Translations under genes and position numbers: made by a program
From: an uncultured Actinomycetes bacterium
Lineage (GTDB): Bacteria > Actinomycetota > Thermoleophilia > UBA2241
DNA length: 64,000 bases
Direction: 5' to 3'
NCBI GenBank assembly: GCA_963767005.1
Contig: CAVYCN010000010.1
Location: forward strand, 1-64,000
Notes under the pieces: model-generated
Database searches by the model: none
Seen by the model: only the letters and a program-made list of their open reading frames with translations
What the model was told of the DNA's origin: nothing
Shown: positions 46,218 through 55,348 of the stretch, in pieces
How the letters are laid out: each line of letters starts with the position of its first letter
How positions within the stretch are numbered: position 1 is the first letter of the stretch

Positions 46218-47336
46218 TCAGTACGCGTGGATGCGGTCGGGCGGCCAGAACGACAGGAGCGCCCGGCCGATGATGGCGCTGCGCGGCGCGATGCCCCAGT
46301 ACAGGCTGCCGGTCGAGCCCCTGCGGTTCTCGCCGAGCACGAGGTAGCGGCCGGCGGGCACGCGGTAGGGGCGGTCGAGCGTCCGGGATGCAGCGGCGTC
46401 GCCGGACGCGAACGGGTCGGCCGGCAGCGTGGGCTCGACGACCCCGTGGACCGGGTCGGCGATCGCGACGTCGGCCGGGGCGCCGTTCACGTACACGCGG
46501 CCGGCGCGCAGCGACAGCACGTCGCCCGGCACGCCGACGACCCGGCCGATCAGCACGTCGGAGGGCACCACGGGGCGGCGGAACACGACGATGTCGCCCC
46601 GCTCGACGGGCCGCAGGCGGTAGATCAGGCGGTCGACGAGCACACGCTGGCCGCGCACGAGCGTCGAGGCCATCGAGCTCGACGGCACGACGTAGGGCCT
46701 GAGCACGAACGCCTGCGCCGCATACAGGCCGGCCACCACGACGACGGCCGCTAGGGCGAGCTCGAGCGCGACGCGACGGAGGCTCCGGCGGGCGCGCGAG
46801 CGGCCCGCGCCACGCGATGAGGAGCGAGCGACGGCCGTCCTGCGGGCGTGGCGCGGCCGGCGGCCGGCCGCCACGGCGGTGCCGGCGGTGGCCGGCGGGG
46901 CCGCTGCCGGCATCGCCGTGGCGAGCTCGTCGAGGACCCGGCCCGCGTCCGAGAGCAGGCCGGAGACGGCCTCGCGCAGCGCGCTCGCGGAGGTCTCGGG
47001 GTCGGCGCTGAGGGCGGCCGTCGCGACGAAGTCGCCGGGCGAGCCGAGCCGCGCGCCCGGTCGGGGCGGCGCGCCGTCAACCCAGTATGAGAGCTCGTAG
47101 CGTCTGGTCGTCGGCGTCTCGGCGCTGGCTCCCTCGTCACGCCACTGCAGCACGCACGACCAGCGGTCGTACGAGAGCGGCACGCGGACCTGCGTCGTCA
47201 GGGCGGCCGCGAAGCGCCCGGCGTCGGTCCCGGGGCGGGCGAGCTCGCCGGGGCCGTCGAGCCAGCGCCAGCGCGTCGTCGACTCGGGCGTCACGTCGAC
47301 GCCCTCATCCTCGCTCGTTGTGATCGTCCGGCTCAC
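46218..47336 (-). CDS. Signal peptidase I (S26) homolog with long N-terminal extension and catalytic Lys replaced by Gly
   Basis: VPSSSMASTL, RGDIVVF, LIGRVVGVPGD (canonical IKRVIG), LGENRRGSTGSLYWG (canonical GDNRxxSxDSR). Confidence 0.8.
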   Translation of the reverse strand: MSRTITTSEDEGVDVTPESTTRWRWLDGPGELARPGTDAGRFAAALTTQVRVPLSYDRWSCVLQWRDEGASAETPTTRRYELSYWVDGAPPRPGARLGSPGDFVATAALSADPETSASALREAVSGLLSDAGRVLDELATAMPAAAPPATAGTAVAAGRRPRHARRTAVARSSSRGAGRSRARRSLRRVALELALAAVVVVAGLYAAQAFVLRPYVVPSSSMASTLVRGQRVLVDRLIYRLRPVERGDIVVFRRPVVPSDVLIGRVVGVPGDVLSLRAGRVYVNGAPADVAIADPVHGVVEPTLPADPFASGDAAASRTLDRPYRVPAGRYLVLGENRRGSTGSLYWGIAPRSAIIGRALLSFWPPDRIHAY

Positions 47337-47346
47337 ACGGCCTCCG

Positions 47347-49152
47347 TCAGCCCCGCACGGCTCGCGTCGACGACGCCAGGGCGAGCATCGTCGCGTTCGG
47401 CAGCTCGTCGTCGAGCGTGTTTGCTACCCAGTACGTGACGTTTCCTACCGACCAGGCCACGAGATGCAGGTGGGCGCCGTCGTAGGAGAGCCGGTAGGTG
47501 CGGCCGCCGACCCTCCTGGTCGCGTCGGGGCTGGAGAGGATCGGGGGATCGCTCCACTCGAGCGCCTGGATGTCCCAGTAGCCGCCCTGGGGCGTCGTGC
47601 CGACGGCGACGGCGGCCGCCACGCTGTGCCCGTCGACCTTCAGGCGGTAGCTGCGGAACTGGTCGTAGCCCAGGCCGGACGACCATACGGACGGTACGAA
47701 GAGCGCGATGCTCGTGTGCGCCTGCAGGGTGCGCCACTGGGTCAGGTCGTAGGTGGTGTGCTCGAGCGTCGATGTCTGGGAGGTCTGCCCCGTGGTCGCG
47801 CTCGTCGCCCCCAGCCGGCCGGCGAACGATGAGCCGATCACGACGGTGACGCGGCCGGCCGCGGCCGCCGACGAGGCGCCCTCGACCGTGACCTGGGCCG
47901 GCGCGAGCAGGCTCGCCAGGCGCCGGGCCACCGACGCGGCGGCCGGCCGGGCCGTGACCGTCGTGGTCGTGTGGCCGAACCCGGCGGCATTGCCGCCGAC
48001 CGTCGCGGTAAAGCCCGCGCCGCGCAGCTCGCCGGCGACCGTGGCCGCCTCGCCGGTCGCGCCCGAGCCGTTCAGGACCGTGATACGCACGCTCGCGGCG
48101 GGCAGCTGGGCGACGCTCGAGGTGGCCGCCGACCCGCTGCCGGTCGGCGGCGCGACGGGGTGCAGGAACTGCTGCACGGCCGTCTGGACCTGCTGCTGCG
48201 TCGCGACCACGTACGACACGCCGCCGATCATCGGCGTCGAGCCGTCGATGTGGGTCTGGTAGACACGGTTGGAGTGCAGGCGGAGCGCGAGACTGAGCAG
48301 GCCGGCGATCCGGCTCAGGCTCGAGATGTCGGAGACGGCGTAGTGCGACATGATCGCGGCCACCGCGAGCAGGCGGGGGAAGCTGGTGAGCGAGGCCGAC
48401 CGGGTGAGCTGGCGCTTCATCTCGCGCAGGAACATCTGCTGGCGTACGACACGCGTGAAGTCGCCGTTCTGGTCGTGGCGGAACCGCACGAACTCGAGGG
48501 CCTGCGCGCCGTCGAGGAGCTGGTAGCCGGGCTCCAGGTCGATGGACGACCAGCCCGTCACCGCAGTGTCGTTGTAGTAGCGCCGGTCGACCATCATGTA
48601 GGCGCCGCCGAGCCGGTCGACGACCTTGCGGAAGCCGTCGAAGTTCAGGTCGATGAAGTCGTTGATGGGGATGCCGAGCACCTGCTTGACGGTCTGCACC
48701 GTGAGCTTCGCGCCGCCGTACGAGTAGGCGGCGTTGATCTTGTTCAGGCCGTAGCCCGGGATGTCGACCTGCAGGTCGCGCGGGACCGAGAGCATCGAGA
48801 TGCTGCCGGTCTCGGGGTCGAGGCGCACGACCATGAGCGTGTCGGAACGGGCTCCGAGGTCGGGCTGACCCACGCGGCGGTCGCTGCCGATGATCAGGAT
48901 GTCGACCGGCTGCGACGGCTGCGCCACCGTGAGTTGCTTGCTGGCCGCTTTTACCTCGGCGGGGTCGTTGCGCGCCACCTGGGCGGCCGTGCGCTGCAGC
49001 CACGCCGACAGGACGCCCGCGGTGAAGCAGGCACACACGACGAGAGCCAGCACCGACAGCTTCAGGACCTGCAGCCAGCGCGGCCGGCGGGGCGCTCGCA
49101 GCGGCCCCGCCGTGTAGCGGGAGTACGTCGGCCTTTCCAGGGTCGGCTCCAT
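47347..49152 (-). CDS. LCP (LytR-CpsA-Psr) family glycopolymer transferase with LytR_C domain
   Basis: GSDRR, RSDTLM, SVPRD, KINAAY, FVRFRH, DFTRVVRQQ, VLNGSG. Confidence 0.93.
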   Translation of the reverse strand: MEPTLERPTYSRYTAGPLRAPRRPRWLQVLKLSVLALVVCACFTAGVLSAWLQRTAAQVARNDPAEVKAASKQLTVAQPSQPVDILIIGSDRRVGQPDLGARSDTLMVVRLDPETGSISMLSVPRDLQVDIPGYGLNKINAAYSYGGAKLTVQTVKQVLGIPINDFIDLNFDGFRKVVDRLGGAYMMVDRRYYNDTAVTGWSSIDLEPGYQLLDGAQALEFVRFRHDQNGDFTRVVRQQMFLREMKRQLTRSASLTSFPRLLAVAAIMSHYAVSDISSLSRIAGLLSLALRLHSNRVYQTHIDGSTPMIGGVSYVVATQQQVQTAVQQFLHPVAPPTGSGSAATSSVAQLPAASVRITVLNGSGATGEAATVAGELRGAGFTATVGGNAAGFGHTTTTVTARPAAASVARRLASLLAPAQVTVEGASSAAAAGRVTVVIGSSFAGRLGATSATTGQTSQTSTLEHTTYDLTQWRTLQAHTSIALFVPSVWSSGLGYDQFRSYRLKVDGHSVAAAVAVGTTPQGGYWDIQALEWSDPPILSSPDATRRVGGRTYRLSYDGAHLHLVAWSVGNVTYWVANTLDDELPNATMLALASSTRAVRG

Positions 49153-49172
49153 CCGGTCGGGGTTCGCTCTTG

Positions 49173-49222
49173 AGGGTACCAGCCTCGGACGGGGGCGCCT
49201 GCGACAGTTAACACACCTTAAC
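49173..49222 (-). promoter_or_regulatory. Candidate promoter of the LCP gene with upstream TTAAC repeat box
   Basis: Minus-strand TACCCT -10 (49173-78); GTTAAcacaccTTAAC (49207-22), which is both an inverted repeat and a 10-bp-period direct repeat. Confidence 0.45.
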
Positions 49223-49311
49223 GAACGGCACGCCCCTCAGCCGGCCGGCCGTCGGGCAGGTGGCGCCGCGGAGTCTCTGCAGCTCGCGCCCCAGAGCGGG
49301 CCGTGCTCGTC

Positions 49312-50466
49312 CTACGTCTCGGCCCGTGCCGTCTTGGGGCGCTCGGCGCCATGGCGCAACGCCACCCGGCGGCTGTGCAGGCGCAGATCGGCGAGCGACA
49401 GGTCCTGAAGACTGAGCGAGACGAGGCCGGCGACGACCGCGACGACGACCTGCAGGGCCTGCAAGCCGAGCCCGTAGGCCACGGCGGGGCCGGCCGCCAC
49501 GCCCGCGGCCGCGAGCGCGGCCACCGTGGCGGCCTGGAAGGTGCCCAGGTTGCCCGGCGTCGCCGGCACGAGGCCGATCAGGTTGGTGAGCACGAGCACA
49601 AGGCCGGCGCCGCGCAGGCCGGCGCCGCCCAGGTGGAAGGCCTGCAACGCCGCCCGGGCGGCCGCGAGCTGCACGACCCAGGCACCCGCCTGGGTCGCGG
49701 CGACCAGCGCCGCCGACCAGGGCCGGCCCATGATGCGCTGGCTGTCGACGAGGGCCGGCCATTGGGCGCGGAATGCCGCCCAGCGGCCGCCACCGGCGCT
49801 TCCCGCCGCATCCACGGCCGCATCGACGCCGTCTCCGCGCGTGCGCACGAGCCGCCGCCGCCGCTCCAGCAAGACGCCTCCGGTGAGGAACGTCGCCGCG
49901 AACGCGGCACAGGCGATGAGCACCTCGACGGCCCAGGCGGGCGCGGCGATGGTCGAGACGAAGAGCAGCGCCAGGGCGACGAACGACGCGATCGCGAAGA
50001 GGCGCTCGGTGAGAGCCATGCCCAGCACCGTCGCGAAAGGCACGGCGGCGCGGCGGCGTCGTTGCAGCACGAAGAGCGTGTACGGCGCGAGCACGGTGCC
50101 CACGCGCACGGGCGCTACGGCGTTCGCGAGCAGCCCGATGCTGGTCGCCGAGAAGACGTCGCCCAAGCGGGCGCGGCCCGCGCCGAAGGCGTCGACGATC
50201 ACTTTGAGGGCGTAGCTGCGCAGCAGGAGCGAGACGACCATGAGCCCGAGGGCCACGCCGAGCCAGGGCAGGTCGGCGTGCAGCAGGGAGCTGCCGGTGC
50301 GCTCGAGGTCGGCGCGCGCGAGCAGGAGCGCGACGAACGCGGTCGCCGTCACACAGACGAGCCGCCAGCGCCGCGCGATGGGCACGACCAGGCGACCCAG
50401 GCTCCCGGCGCTCCCCGGGCGTGCCTGCGTGTGCAGGGTCGGTTGTCTGTCGTCGCTGTGGTCCAT
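49312..50466 (-). CDS. Lysylphosphatidylglycerol synthase TM / flippase-like (UPF0104) membrane protein
   Basis: IGLLANAVAPVRVG, TERLF, PATPGNLGTFQ, multiple TM. Confidence 0.85.
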   Translation of the reverse strand: MDHSDDRQPTLHTQARPGSAGSLGRLVVPIARRWRLVCVTATAFVALLLARADLERTGSSLLHADLPWLGVALGLMVVSLLLRSYALKVIVDAFGAGRARLGDVFSATSIGLLANAVAPVRVGTVLAPYTLFVLQRRRRAAVPFATVLGMALTERLFAIASFVALALLFVSTIAAPAWAVEVLIACAAFAATFLTGGVLLERRRRLVRTRGDGVDAAVDAAGSAGGGRWAAFRAQWPALVDSQRIMGRPWSAALVAATQAGAWVVQLAAARAALQAFHLGGAGLRGAGLVLVLTNLIGLVPATPGNLGTFQAATVAALAAAGVAAGPAVAYGLGLQALQVVVAVVAGLVSLSLQDLSLADLRLHSRRVALRHGAERPKTARAET

Positions 50467-50618
50467 GGGGGTCGCAGACCGCCGTGGAGCCGCCACCCGA
50501 GCCGCTCGCACGACAGAGAGAGTATGGACGGACGGTCCGCCTGCGAGAAGGACAGCACTATGGGCCGGCAGATGGCGCGCAGCCTGCGTGTGGCGAGATC
50601 CGTACGGTGCACTTCGGT

Positions 50619-50647
50619 TTGACCTGCGACGCTGCGGCCGGTAGTGT
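50619..50647 (+). promoter_or_regulatory. Sigma70/SigA-type promoter
   Basis: TTGACC, 17-bp spacer, TAGTGT. Confidence 0.6.
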
Positions 50648-51176
50648 GCCGGGCGTTTGCAAGCCAGGCAACGCCCGAACCGACCAGCACGACACGGCGC
50701 GCTACATGACGGCGCCCACCCCAAGGAGGTCCGTCGGACCTCCGAAAGGAGGCAGGTCATGCACCGTTCACGATCGGCACCGGACCACCGCCGCCAGATC
50801 CCCCTTCAGAGCCCGCTGAGCCGGCGCTGTCAGCCGCCGGGCCACGACGCTGCCCCCGCTGTCGGGGCGCCGCCGCGGTCCCGCCCGGTGACCGTCGCGG
50901 CGCAGGCCGCTCGCTAGTCCCCTCGCCTCGCACGCCCGGCGCGACGGCTGGCAGGCCGTCGCCGGCGCAGCTCTGCCGCGTCCTGAGGCCGGCGCGCGCA
51001 TGCCCCCAGCCGGACGGCGCTGCCGCGCCGCGCCGGAGAACGGTCGGGCGAGGGGACACGCGACACCCCTCGCCATCGAGCAGCATGGACGCCGCGAAAG
51101 AAAGGGCGCGGCAAGTACGGACGTGGCAGCCACGCGTGGGCGCGCCGCGTCGCCAGGCAAGGAAACGGAGCCACGG

Positions 51177-52103
51177 ATGAAACGCCACGCATTGACCATT
51201 GCGGCCCTCGCGCTGCTCGCGAGCGCCACCATGGCCGTCGCACTCAGTCCGGCGACCGCCCAAGCCCAGACCATCACCGGGAAGACCTACACCACCTACA
51301 GCGTGCCGTCGGGCACGCACGACGTGACGTTCAGCGGGTGCACGTTCAAGGGCGGCAACAGCTCGACTGCGGTGCTCACCTTGAACCACGCCTGCCACAA
51401 CCTGACCTTCAGTAGCTGCACGATCGCCTCGGGTGCGTGGAACGGCGTCACGATCAACGTGACCAACGGCAACATCCACGACATCACCTTCACGGGTTGC
51501 CACATCCTGGCCCAGGGCCGGATGGGCATCGAGTGCACGCAGCGGCCTGCCTCGAACACGGTCGGCTACAAGAACATCAAGGTCGTGAACACAGTGATCG
51601 AGCCGTCGGGCGAGGAAGCCATGTCGTTCGACGGTGGCTACTTCGCCGCCAACTGTCTGATCGACGGCGTCACGATCAACGGCTCCGACAACAAGGCCAA
51701 CCCGGCCTACTCCGGGGCCATCGAGATCAACGGCCCCACGCACTTCACCGTGCAGAACACGACGATCTACGCGTGCCGCAAGAACGCCTTCAACCTCGAA
51801 GGGCCCAAGGGCGTGAACGGCGCGCTCGTCTTCAAGAACGACACCGTCGACTACAGCGTCCGCAAGGAGAGCTACGCGACCGACAGCTCGACGGCTCGCC
51901 TCACGGAGATGCAGAACGTGAACGGCGCCGTCTTCAGCGGCTGCAAGTTCGTGCTCGGCAGCGCCTGGAACGCGGGCTACTGGACGAACTGCTCGAACAA
52001 CAAGATGTCGGGCAGCACCGTGACCGGCAAGCTCGCGGCCGGACGGAGCATGTGGTCGCTGAACGGCAGCTGCTCCGGCAACACCATGCCGAAGCAGGTC
52101 TGA
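51177..52103 (+). CDS. Secreted right-handed parallel beta-helix protein
   Basis: Signal peptide ...TAQA; periodic HDVTFSGCTF, HNLTFSSCTI, HDITFTGCHI, HFTVQNTTI repeats. Confidence 0.82.
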   Translation: MKRHALTIAALALLASATMAVALSPATAQAQTITGKTYTTYSVPSGTHDVTFSGCTFKGGNSSTAVLTLNHACHNLTFSSCTIASGAWNGVTINVTNGNIHDITFTGCHILAQGRMGIECTQRPASNTVGYKNIKVVNTVIEPSGEEAMSFDGGYFAANCLIDGVTINGSDNKANPAYSGAIEINGPTHFTVQNTTIYACRKNAFNLEGPKGVNGALVFKNDTVDYSVRKESYATDSSTARLTEMQNVNGAVFSGCKFVLGSAWNAGYWTNCSNNKMSGSTVTGKLAAGRSMWSLNGSCSGNTMPKQV

Positions 52104-52116
52104 CCCAGTGAGCGGC

Positions 52117-52148
52117 GCGGGGCGGGCGGCGTACGCCGCCCGCCCCGC
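52117..52148. terminator. Perfect 32-bp palindrome after the beta-helix gene
   Basis: gcggggcgggcggcgt|acgccgcccgccccgc. Confidence 0.65.
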
Positions 52149-52214
52149 CTCCTGTGCGGGCGTCCATAGACGTAGAATGGTCGCGGTGCAGGCGATCTCA
52201 GAGGGGGGATCCAC

Positions 52215-53939
52215 ATGGGTGACGACGGTCGGTTCCAGCACGAGTACGCCGAGCATCTCGTGCGCGAGGCGCTCGCGGGGCGGCTGACACGACGCGAGCT
52301 GCTCGTGCGCGCCGGCGTCGTGGGGCTGTCGGCGACGCTGCTCGGCCAGGTCCTGGCCGCGTGCGGCGGCTCGAGCACGGGCTCATCGTCGACGCCGGCG
52401 ACGGGCGGCTCGCCCAAGAAGGGCGGCACGCTGGTGTTCGCCTGGGACTCCGAGCCGGCGTCGCTCGACCCCGCCATCGCCTGGAACCTCGTCGACTGGC
52501 AGGTCGAGCACAACGTCTTCGAGAGTCTCTATCGGTACAAGTCCGTCCCGGGCGAGGCCGGCACGCAGCTCGAGCCGGCCATGGCGGTCGCCATGCCCGA
52601 GCTCAGCAACGGCGGCAGGACCTACACCATCAAGCTCAAACCCGGCCTCCTGTTCCAGCCGCCGGTCAACCGCGAGGTCACGGCGCAGGATTTCAAGTAC
52701 AGCTTCGAGCGCATGATGCGTCTGCCCAACGCACCGGGCACCTATTTCTACACGAGCGTCGTGGGCGCGACCGACTTCCAGAAGGGCAAGGCGCCTCACG
52801 TGGCCGGCTACAAGGCACTCGACAAGTACACGATCCAGATCGACCTCGAGGAGCCGAACCTCGCCTTCCTGAACGCCATCACGGTCGACTTCTGCGACCC
52901 CATCCCCAAGGAGTGGGTCGACAAGTGGGGCACGAAGGTGGCCCGTCACCCGCTGGGCACCGGGCCGTACTCGTTCGTGAGCTGGACGCCGGGCCAGGAC
53001 ATCGTGCTACAGCGCAACCCCAACTATCGCGACGCCGACAAGGTGATGCTCGACGGCATCAGGTTCGAGCTCGACGACGGCGCCGAGGCGGCCTTCCTCA
53101 AGCTCCAGGCGGGCGACGTCGACGTGCTCGGCAACAACGTGCCGCCGGCCAATGTGCTGTCGGTCACCAGCAGCGCCGAGTGGAAGCCCTACGTCTACGA
53201 GGAGCCGGTGATCGGCACCATCTACCTGTTCCTGAACGTGCAGTTCCCGCCGCTCGACAACGTCCTCGTGCGCCAGGCGGTGAGCTGGGCGATCGACCGC
53301 GACAAGCTCGTCAAGCTGCTCACAGGACAGGCCCAGGCCCTCTACCAGGTGTTTCCGCCCGGCATGCCGGGCTACCAGTCCGGAAAGCGGTGGTACGGCT
53401 ACGACCCCGACAAGGCCAAGGCGCTGCTCGCCCAGGCGGGCTATCCGAACGGCTTCAAGACCATGCTCTACACCGACAACGTCGACCCGTACCCCAAGCT
53501 CTTCCAGTCGATCCAGAACGACCTCGAGGCCGTCGGGATCCAGGCCGGCCTGCGCACCATGAGCAACTCGACCTACTACACCTTCGCCTCGACCGCCCAC
53601 AACGCAGCCATCGGCCGGTACCTGTGGTACATGGACTTCCCCGACCCCTCCGACTGGATCTCGCCACTGTTCTCCAAGGCCGCGGCGGTCTCCGAGGGCA
53701 CCAACGGCAGCTTCTGGTGGAGCCCCAAGCTCGAGGCGATGATCGCCGAGGCGCAGACCATGACCGACGCCGCGGCGCGCATCGCCAAGTACGACGAGAT
53801 GCAGGCCTACATCATGGAGCAGGCGCCGTATGTGACGCTGTACTCGCCCGTCATGTCGACGATGTGCTCCAAGCGGGTGCGCGGCTTCTACCTGCACGAG
53901 GTCTTCACCTACGACCCGATCAAGTACTGGATCGACTAG
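52215..53939 (+). CDS. Family 5 (peptide/nickel) ABC solute-binding lipoprotein with Tat signal
   Basis: TRRELL twin-Arg, LAAC lipobox, EPASLDP, GTGPY, VRQAVSWAIDR. Confidence 0.93.
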   Translation: MGDDGRFQHEYAEHLVREALAGRLTRRELLVRAGVVGLSATLLGQVLAACGGSSTGSSSTPATGGSPKKGGTLVFAWDSEPASLDPAIAWNLVDWQVEHNVFESLYRYKSVPGEAGTQLEPAMAVAMPELSNGGRTYTIKLKPGLLFQPPVNREVTAQDFKYSFERMMRLPNAPGTYFYTSVVGATDFQKGKAPHVAGYKALDKYTIQIDLEEPNLAFLNAITVDFCDPIPKEWVDKWGTKVARHPLGTGPYSFVSWTPGQDIVLQRNPNYRDADKVMLDGIRFELDDGAEAAFLKLQAGDVDVLGNNVPPANVLSVTSSAEWKPYVYEEPVIGTIYLFLNVQFPPLDNVLVRQAVSWAIDRDKLVKLLTGQAQALYQVFPPGMPGYQSGKRWYGYDPDKAKALLAQAGYPNGFKTMLYTDNVDPYPKLFQSIQNDLEAVGIQAGLRTMSNSTYYTFASTAHNAAIGRYLWYMDFPDPSDWISPLFSKAAAVSEGTNGSFWWSPKLEAMIAEAQTMTDAAARIAKYDEMQAYIMEQAPYVTLYSPVMSTMCSKRVRGFYLHEVFTYDPIKYWID

Positions 53940-54029
53940 CCGCGACGCCGCTACGCAAGCCGGAGCAGCAATGACGACGTCGCATGATGGCACGAGGCGC
54001 ACGACGCAGCCCCGCGGGGGCAGCGCACG

Positions 54030-55160
54030 ATGAGGGCGCGCGAGCTCGGCATCGAGATCGGCACGGGGCGGCCCGGGCCTGGCGACGCCATCACCGACGT
54101 GGCCGGCGTGCGGGTGGGCTGCGCGACCCTGATCGAGGGCGACGGTCCGCTCGCCGTGGGCCGCGGGCCGGTGCGCACGGGGGTCACTGTCGTCGTCCCC
54201 CGGAGCGAAGAGGTGAGCGAGCACCCGCTCTTCGCCGGCTGCCACCGCCTGAACGGCAACGGCGAGCTGACCGGCCTCGAGTGGGTGCGCGAGTCGGGCC
54301 TGCTCATGTCGCCGATCGCGCTCACCAACAGCCACTCGGTCGGCGTGGTACGCGACGCGCTCGTGCGTCGTGAGATCGAGGCGCGTCGCGCCGGCACCCT
54401 GTTCTGGAGCCTGCCGGTGGTGGGCGAGACCTGGGACGGCTGCCTGAACGACGTGAACGGCCAGCACGTGCGAGCCGAGCACGTGGCCGCCGCCCTGGCG
54501 GCCGCCGCCGCCGGCCCGGTGCCCGAGGGCAACGTCGGTGGCGGCACCGGCATGGTCTGCCACGACTTCAAGGGCGGTACCGGCACGGCGTCGCGCGTGG
54601 TCGAGGCAGGCGACGGTCACTACACGGTCGGCGTGCTCGTGCAGGCCAACCACGGCGCGCGCCCCGAGCTCGTCGTGAACGGTGCGCCGGTGGGTCGCGT
54701 GCTGCATGAGGGCGTGGTGCCGGCGCCGGTGCTGCCCGAGGAGGCGCCGCCGGCCGGCGCCGGCTCGATCATCGCCGTCGTGGCCACCGACGCGCCGCTG
54801 ATCCCCACGCAGCTCGATCGCCTCGCGCAGCGCGCCGGATTCGGCGTCGCCTCGCTTGGGGCCTGGGCGAGCAACTACAGCGGCGACCTGTTCCTCGCCT
54901 TCTCGACCGCCAACCGCGACCTGCCGCCCATGAACTACGGCTCCGGCGGGCCGCCGGTCGTGCCGCTCGAGATGCTCTCGCTCTGCGCGATCGACCCGTT
55001 CCTCGAGGCGGTGGTCGAAGCGACCGCCGAGGCCATCCTCAACGCCATGCTGCAGGCCGAGACTATGATCGGGCGCGACGGCGTGACGGCCCACGCGCTC
55101 GACGGTCAGGCCCTGGTCGAGGTGCTCGACCGCTATGGGCGGCGGACGGCGCGGCTGTAG
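54030..55160 (+). CDS. DmpA/P1 (S58) family aminopeptidase
   Basis: AITDVAGVRVG, NGNGELTG, PVVGETWDG, EGNVGGGTGM, GSII autoprocessing site, SGDLFLAFST. Confidence 0.93.
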   Translation: MRARELGIEIGTGRPGPGDAITDVAGVRVGCATLIEGDGPLAVGRGPVRTGVTVVVPRSEEVSEHPLFAGCHRLNGNGELTGLEWVRESGLLMSPIALTNSHSVGVVRDALVRREIEARRAGTLFWSLPVVGETWDGCLNDVNGQHVRAEHVAAALAAAAAGPVPEGNVGGGTGMVCHDFKGGTGTASRVVEAGDGHYTVGVLVQANHGARPELVVNGAPVGRVLHEGVVPAPVLPEEAPPAGAGSIIAVVATDAPLIPTQLDRLAQRAGFGVASLGAWASNYSGDLFLAFSTANRDLPPMNYGSGGPPVVPLEMLSLCAIDPFLEAVVEATAEAILNAMLQAETMIGRDGVTAHALDGQALVEVLDRYGRRTARL

Positions 55161-55332
55161 GCCGCGCCGTCCGCCGCGATCGCAGGTCGCCCCGGCCGCT
55201 GGCGCGGCGCACTCGGCACGAAGAGTGCGTACCGCTGGTCGGTCTACGCGACCGACGCCGCCGGACACCACCAGCGCATCGCCGGCTCGAGCACGCTGAC
55301 GGTCGGGTGAGGCGTGCGGCGCGGCGCACCGT

Positions 55333-55348
55333 TGCTATACTCTCCGCA
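55333..55348 (+). promoter_or_regulatory. Extended -10 promoter for a probable leaderless transcript
   Basis: TGcTATACT (55333-41) 7 nt before the ATG at 55349; no SD. Confidence 0.65.

Noticed and set aside
50674-50700. CCCGAACC..CAGC resembling the 3' end of the c-di-AMP (ydaO) riboswitch
   Set aside because: The upstream GCTGAA and GGGGAACC elements and the CAGCTAAC continuation are absent.
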